Source: Bdellovibrionia bacterium (lineage in GTDB: Bacteria; Bdellovibrionota; UBA1018). Taken from it: a DNA stretch of 11,872 nucleotides. Both the position numbers and the translations under genes were made by a program. The DNA is taken from contig JBJMMA010000160.1 in NCBI GenBank assembly GCA_045805065.1, positions 1 to 11,872 of the forward strand, given 5' to 3'. Of this stretch, positions 7,328-11,872 are shown in pieces (positions within the stretch are counted from its first letter, which is position 1; the number at the start of each line of letters is the position of its first letter). Under the pieces are notes generated by a model. That model was not told the origin of the DNA. It did no database searches and saw nothing but the letters and a program-made list of their open reading frames with translations.

Positions 7328-8308
7328 ATGACTCAAAATATGGGACCGATTTCTCAGTTTATTAAGCACCACTATCGCCATTTCAATTCGGCAGCCCTTG
7401 TTGACGCTGCTGAGGGTTACAAGACCCATATTGATCAGGGCGGAAAGATGATGATCACGCTCGCTGGCGCCATGAGCACGGCTGAGCTTGGACTTTCTTT
7501 GGCTGAGATGATTCGCCAGGACAAGGTCCACCTGATCAGCACCACCGGTGCAAACTTGGAAGAAGATATCTTCAATCTCGTCGCGCACGATCACTACGAG
7601 CGCGTTCCTAACTATCGCGATCTCACCCCACAAGACGAGCAAAAGCTCCTCGATCGCCACTTGAACCGCGTCACCGACACCTGCATTCCAGAAGGTGAAG
7701 CCATGCGCCGTATCGAAGGTGCGATGCTTGAAGAGTGGACGACCGCTGACAAGAAGGGCGAGCGCTACTTCCCACACGAATTTTTCTATCGCCTGATCAA
7801 GAAGGGCGCTTTGAAGCAGTATTATCAAATCGACCCAAAGAACAGCTGGATGGTCGCTGCTGCTGAGAAGAACATTCCAATCGTCTGCCCAGGTTGGGAA
7901 GACGCAACTCTTGGAAACATGTTCGCAGCTGCTGTCATGCGCGGTGACGTGAAGAACGTTCACACCGTCCGCACCGGCATCGAGTACATGATCAACTTGG
8001 CTGAGTTCTATCAATCCGCAACCAAGAACAACTCTTTGGGCATGTTCCAGATCGGTGGCGGTATCGCAGGTGACTTCCCAATTTGCGTGGTTCCAATGCT
8101 TCATCAAGACATGAACATTGAAGCTCGCCTCTGGGGCTACTTCTGCCAGATCTCTGACTCGACGACGAGCTATGGCTCTTACTCGGGCGCAGTGCCAAAC
8201 GAGAAGATCACCTGGGGTAAGCTCGGCATTGATACGCCGAAGTTCATCATTGAGTCGGACGCAACGATCGTTGCTCCATTGATGTTCGCTTACATCTTGG
8301 GACAATAG
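7328..8308 (+). CDS. Deoxyhypusine synthase-like protein (bacterial DHS family; probably polyamine/homospermidine-type synthesis)
   Basis: 'TLAGAMSTAELG', 'STTGANLEEDIFN', 'IGGGIAGDF', 'SYSGAVPNEKITWGK' (retains the catalytic Lys of the WGK motif), 'ESDATIVAPL'. Confidence 0.93.
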   Translation: MTQNMGPISQFIKHHYRHFNSAALVDAAEGYKTHIDQGGKMMITLAGAMSTAELGLSLAEMIRQDKVHLISTTGANLEEDIFNLVAHDHYERVPNYRDLTPQDEQKLLDRHLNRVTDTCIPEGEAMRRIEGAMLEEWTTADKKGERYFPHEFFYRLIKKGALKQYYQIDPKNSWMVAAAEKNIPIVCPGWEDATLGNMFAAAVMRGDVKNVHTVRTGIEYMINLAEFYQSATKNNSLGMFQIGGGIAGDFPICVVPMLHQDMNIEARLWGYFCQISDSTTSYGSYSGAVPNEKITWGKLGIDTPKFIIESDATIVAPLMFAYILGQ

Positions 8309-8361
8309 TTCGAGTTAAAAGTTAGCCCGGCGGCTTTCGCCGCGTATTGGCATACTTTAAG

Positions 8362-8412
8362 AAGCTCCTTTTTTGATCAGCGAAAGCTGCGCAAGAAAGG
8401 AGCTTTTTGTTT
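8362..8412 (+). terminator. Long hairpin with GAAA tetraloop and U-tract; overlaps the RBS of the DUF1059 gene
   Basis: AAGCTCCTTTTTTG(8362-8375) pairs with CAAGAAAGGAGCTT(8392-8405) with one G-U pair; inner CAGC-GAAA-GCTG; followed by TTTGTTT. Confidence 0.6.
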
Positions 8413-8667
8413 ATGGCCAATCTTCAGGCGATCAAATCAGAAAAAAGGAAAGTAGCCGACTGTCGGGACTTTCCAAGCGAGTCCAACTGCACGCTGACAA
8501 TTTCTGGCAAAGAAAACGAAGTGCTGGACGCTGCCACCGACCATGCCGTTAAAGTTCATGGGCATCAGAACTCACCGGAGCTTCGGGATCAGATCCGTAA
8601 AATGCTGAAAGATGAAACTCCGGATCAGACTGGAATGGGTGAAGGTCCACTTCATCAGGTTGCTTGA
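8413..8667 (+). CDS. DUF1059 domain small protein (predicted metal-binding)
   Basis: 'DCRDFPSESNCTLTISGKENEVLDAATDHAVKVHGH' has the C..C..H..H pattern; AAGGAG at 8397-8402 supports ATG 8413 over TTG 8407. Confidence 0.85.
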   Translation: MANLQAIKSEKRKVADCRDFPSESNCTLTISGKENEVLDAATDHAVKVHGHQNSPELRDQIRKMLKDETPDQTGMGEGPLHQVA

Positions 8668-8675
8668 GTAAAAGT

Positions 8676-9671
8676 TCAAGCGGCTCGGCGCCGCTCTTCT
8701 TCCTCAATATTCGGATGAATGACCCAGACAGGGTTTGTCGAGTTTCGAAGGACTTGTCGAGTCACGCTGCCCAGGACCTGAGCCTCCAAGCGAGTGCTTT
8801 CGCCGGCCATCGCAATCAGGCAAGGGGAGCGGCGTGACTCTTTGAGAATGGAAGCCGCAACGGGTTCTCCAAGGTGATAATCAATGATGGCGTCCGCCTG
8901 GATATTGGCATGACGGGCTTCTCGGCACCATTGTTCAGCGGCTTGGCGGCTGACTTCGATTTCAGCTTCCCGAGCTTCCTCCGAGAGCGAGACCATGGAG
9001 ATTGCGGCTTCAGGCATCACCGCAAGTCCCATCGAGATTTTGTGAAAGAGGGTCACATGAGCTTTCATGCTCCGAGCAAAGGGGAGCAGCTGGATGAAGG
9101 CGCGATGAGACTCTTCTGAAAAATCAGTTGGAAACAGGATTCGCTCAAACCACTGCGAAACCGGTTTTTTAGGATCATCCTTGACGGGATTCCAATGAGG
9201 ATTGACTGCCAGAAGCGGCAGGTCGCAGAACAAACTGAGAGTCTCAACAAAGCTTCCGAACAGCCAGCGAGACGGCCCCTTGCGAGCCTTCGTGCTGGCA
9301 ACGATGAGATCAGCAGTCTCGCGATGAGCAAAAGTGAGAAGCTCCGTGATCTGCTCGCGCAGAGAGGATCCCGTTGGCCCGATGATTTGAATGGGCTTCA
9401 AGCCATTCATTCGAGAAATGCCCACTGCGCCGAGCCATGCATCGATTTCTTCTTGGGCTTCATCGGCAAGCGCACGATTGAAGCCTTCGCGCTGCTCGGG
9501 AGCGATCTGATGACGCGGGTCTGAGGCAACATACACCGGAAGAATATAGGCAGATTGCCTCTGCGTGATGGCTTTGATCGCCAAAATGGTGGATTGCTGC
9601 GCATCGCCTTGCGGCGCGAAAGGATCTATCGCCCAGATAATCCGTGTTTGAGGCAAGGGTTGCTTTGGCAT
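8676..9671 (-). CDS. Universal stress protein with two tandem USP domains
   Basis: Domain 1: 'RIIWAIDPF...ADLIVASTKARKG...LFGSFVETL'. Domain 2: 'RILFPTDFSEES...LGSVTRQVLRNSTNPVWVI'. Start moved to ATG 9671 because the track's 9878 overlaps the CLC gene. Confidence 0.9.
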   Translation of the reverse strand: MPKQPLPQTRIIWAIDPFAPQGDAQQSTILAIKAITQRQSAYILPVYVASDPRHQIAPEQREGFNRALADEAQEEIDAWLGAVGISRMNGLKPIQIIGPTGSSLREQITELLTFAHRETADLIVASTKARKGPSRWLFGSFVETLSLFCDLPLLAVNPHWNPVKDDPKKPVSQWFERILFPTDFSEESHRAFIQLLPFARSMKAHVTLFHKISMGLAVMPEAAISMVSLSEEAREAEIEVSRQAAEQWCREARHANIQADAIIDYHLGEPVAASILKESRRSPCLIAMAGESTRLEAQVLGSVTRQVLRNSTNPVWVIHPNIEEEERRRAA

Positions 9672-9685
9672 CCGTTTGCTCAATG

Positions 9686-9701
9686 AGCATGAGCTATGCC
9701 A
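9686..9701 (-). promoter_or_regulatory. Candidate sigma54 -24/-12 promoter for the USP gene
   Basis: Minus strand TGGCATAGCTCATGCT: GG(9700-9699)-N10-GC(9688-9687). Confidence 0.45.
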
Positions 9702-9737
9702 CTGGAGTCCTGCGTTAGCTTCGGTTATCCTGAGCAG

Positions 9738-10991
9738 GTGAAATCCGAACAAACCCAGATCCTTCCAGCCGTTGTGTTTTGGACACTTCTTGCCGCCGTT
9801 GTAGGAGTATTTGGAGGGGCTGCGTCGGCCGGATTTCTCTGGCTCCTGAATTGGGCTACCGAAATGCGAGAGTCCCATCTTTGGCTCATTGCGCTCTTGC
9901 CTCTAGCAGGGCTTTTCATCGGGATTGTTTTTCACACGATCGGTAAATCGATCGAGCGAGGCAATAATCTTCTGATCGATGAGATTCATGATCCCAGAGC
10001 GCAAATTCCGTTTCGGATGGCGCCACTGATTTTGTTCTCAACCGTTGTTACCCATCTTTTTGGTGGATCGGCAGGCCGAGAAGGAACGGCAGTTCAAATG
10101 TCGGGCGCCATTGCCGATCAGTTCAGCTTTTTGAATCGTGTTCTTCCGTCCGCTGATCCGACCCGAAACCGCCGCATCTTGCTCATGGCCGGTATGAGCG
10201 CTGGCTTTGGTTCCATTTTTGGAACCCCCATCGCAGGCGCGATCTTTGGTCTCGAAGTGCTCAATATCGGACGGATGGATTACGAGGCAATCCTGCCTTG
10301 CTTTGTCGGATCCATTGTCGGTGACTATGTGACCGAGACTTTAGGCGCGATGATCGGAGTGCATCACTCACCGATGGCAAGCCTCGTGCCTGATGTCACT
10401 GTCGGTCCCGTGAGCCTGAATGCGCTTGCGCTTTGTGCGGTTGCTGGAATCATCTTCGGGCTTGTGGGAATGGTCTTCTCAAGTGCCAGCCATGCCATGA
10501 ACGCCCTCTTTAAAAGAGCGGTCCAGCATGCGCCTTTAAGACCGTTTGTGGGCGGCATCATCGTTGCGCTCATGGTGTATGCAAGTGGCAGCACTCGTTA
10601 CATTGGTCTGGGTGTTCCTGTGATCATGGAATCTTTTCAGCATCCCGTTCTACCCTGGGATTTTGCCGGAAAGATCATTTTCACTGTCCTTACTCTAGGT
10701 GCAGGCTTCAAGGGTGGGGAAGTGACTCCGCTCTTTTACATCGGATCAACGCTTGGAAACGCGCTCTCGCTCATTCTGCCATTGCCGTTGCCCTTGTTAG
10801 CCGCCGTTGGATTTGTCGGAGTATTTGCTGGCGCCGCCAATACGCCGCTGACCTGCATCTTGATGGCCTCTGAGCTCTTTGGCTCACAGGTCATGATCTT
10901 TGCGGCCGTTGCGTGCGTGGCAAGCTACCTCTTTTCAGGACATGCGGGAATTTATCACGCTCAGCGCGTTGCCTTCAGGAAGCATGGCTGA
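9738..10991 (+). CDS. eriC: CLC-family anion transporter, fluoride-specific CLC-F clade (F-/H+ antiporter, EriC-type)
   Basis: CLC-F signature motifs GNNLL, GREGT and GEVTP, plus C-terminal 'SGHAGIY'. Start uncertain: GTG 9738 preferred, ATG 9696 possible. Confidence 0.88.
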   Translation: MKSEQTQILPAVVFWTLLAAVVGVFGGAASAGFLWLLNWATEMRESHLWLIALLPLAGLFIGIVFHTIGKSIERGNNLLIDEIHDPRAQIPFRMAPLILFSTVVTHLFGGSAGREGTAVQMSGAIADQFSFLNRVLPSADPTRNRRILLMAGMSAGFGSIFGTPIAGAIFGLEVLNIGRMDYEAILPCFVGSIVGDYVTETLGAMIGVHHSPMASLVPDVTVGPVSLNALALCAVAGIIFGLVGMVFSSASHAMNALFKRAVQHAPLRPFVGGIIVALMVYASGSTRYIGLGVPVIMESFQHPVLPWDFAGKIIFTVLTLGAGFKGGEVTPLFYIGSTLGNALSLILPLPLPLLAAVGFVGVFAGAANTPLTCILMASELFGSQVMIFAAVACVASYLFSGHAGIYHAQRVAFRKHG

Positions 10992-10993
10992 GC

Positions 10994-11872
10994 ATGAGAC
11001 GACTTGACGTAGTCTTTCGCGAAATCTTCTCGATTCTCGAACTCTCAGATTATCAGTGGACGCCAGCCAAGCCTGAGCGGTTGCTGGAGTATCGAAAGAC
11101 AGCTGAGGCATTTCCTCCTCTTCAGCGATTCTTTGGCCTGGGGATCGAGATTACGTCGCAGGAGCTGATCCATGAAGGCTTTTCGCCCGAGCTTGCGCAA
11201 GAGGCTTTGGATCTTTACCCAGCGATCAGTCGCAATGAGCATGTGTTTATTCCTCACGCCCATTGGCCCGCGAAACCAGGAATGGACTATGTCTATCTGG
11301 GCGAGGAGTCTTACGAGCTCCTCAGACTGATTGGCGAGCGCACGGATGGATTGGAGCGGCTCAAGGAAGCCAATGTCCTGGATCTCGGAAGCGGATCAGG
11401 TGCGCTCTTGCTCTACATCGGATCAAGCATCGCCAAAGGACTTGGGATTGATATCTCACGAAAAGCAGTCGAATGGTCACAGGCTGCGGCTCGTGCTCAA
11501 GGATTGGATCGCTTGTCTTTTCACGCCGCCGCGATCGGTTCTCCTGAAGCGGAAGTTTTTGCCCACGGGACGAAATGGGATTTTGCGATCCTGAATCCTC
11601 CGTTTGCCATTCCGACGGAGACCGAGGCCCGGCCGCATCGCGACGGGGGAGCGCTTGGGATTGAATTGCCTCTTTTGTTTCTTCAGTACGCGGCACGCAA
11701 CCTTGGGGCGGGGGGCGAAGTGTTTACTCTTGCGACCAATCCGATTGTTCAGGGGCGATCCGCTTTCTTTGATCGATTGGATCGTGGCGCTTTCAAGATC
11801 GCCGAGAAGAAATGTCTACATGATCAGTTTAATCACTCGCTTTATCGCAAAGAGCGCTACGCCGAGCGCGGC
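10994..11872 (+). CDS. Class I SAM-dependent methyltransferase (PrmC/HemK-like NPPF type), truncated by the window end
   Basis: Not in the ORF track because it has no stop in the window. My manual translation from ATG 10994 (MRRLDVVFREIF...) stays open to 11872 and contains 'YVYLGEESY', motif I 'VLDLGSGSG', 'GIDIS', 'WDFAILNPPF' and 'HRDGGALGIE'. Confidence 0.88.
   Translation, partial: MRRLDVVFREIFSILELSDYQWTPAKPERLLEYRKTAEAFPPLQRFFGLGIEITSQELIHEGFSPELAQEALDLYPAISRNEHVFIPHAHWPAKPGMDYVYLGEESYELLRLIGERTDGLERLKEANVLDLGSGSGALLLYIGSSIAKGLGIDISRKAVEWSQAAARAQGLDRLSFHAAAIGSPEAEVFAHGTKWDFAILNPPFAIPTETEARPHRDGGALGIELPLLFLQYAARNLGAGGEVFTLATNPIVQGRSAFFDRLDRGAFKIAEKKCLHDQFNHSLYRKERYAERG

Noticed and set aside
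7298..8305. 335-aa antisense ORF
   Set aside because: Codon-aligned shadow of the DHS-like gene, explained by codon bias; no recognisable protein features
8348..8363. TGGCATACTTTAAGAA as a sigma54 promoter for DUF1059
   Set aside because: The -24 half is good but the -12 position reads GA rather than GC; not supported enough to call
9672..9878. 69-aa N-terminal extension of the USP
   Set aside because: Overlaps the divergent CLC gene; the USP domain starts right after Met 9671
9684..10998. 10-bp direct repeat TGAGCATGAG flanking the CLC gene (9684-9693 and 10989-10998) as a target-site duplication
   Set aside because: No transposase or terminal inverted repeats. The right copy is formed by stop and start codons, the left by a promoter candidate, and a similar string recurs inside the methyltransferase gene, so chance is likely.
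11045..11696. Four short ORFs from the track at the right end
   Set aside because: All are alternative-frame or antisense shadows of the methyltransferase frame starting at 10994
1..11872. CRISPR array, IS element, prophage, tRNA/rRNA or known defence system
   Set aside because: No regularly spaced repeats, transposase, integrase or phage motifs, or structural RNA signatures seen; the remaining short overlapping ORFs are shadows of the called genes

Overview
A gene-dense bacterial chromosomal window with no mobile element, rRNA, tRNA or CRISPR array visible. The gene content (TIGR02147/DUF4423 regulator, Cys-rich secreted HExxH protease, GNGG-motif secreted protein) suggests Bdellovibrionota/Oligoflexia; this is inference only. 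Gene order: MFS transporter, DedA, secreted M48-like zinc protease, TIGR02147 HTH protein coupled to a secreted GNGG protein, bidirectional terminator, convergent secreted protein, DCC thiol-disulfide oxidoreductase, YcxB-family membrane protein, deoxyhypusine-synthase-like enzyme, DUF1059 protein, tandem USP, CLC-F fluoride exporter, and a SAM methyltransferase that runs off the right edge and is absent from the ORF track. Three signals stand out. (1) A two-hairpin RNA element at 8315-8412 has complementary loops and an alternative helix, and it both looks like a terminator and buries the DUF1059 ribosome-binding site. (2) The TIGR02147-secreted protein cassette has a double-palindrome operator candidate next to its promoter. 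(3) Sigma54-type -24/-12 promoters precede three genes.
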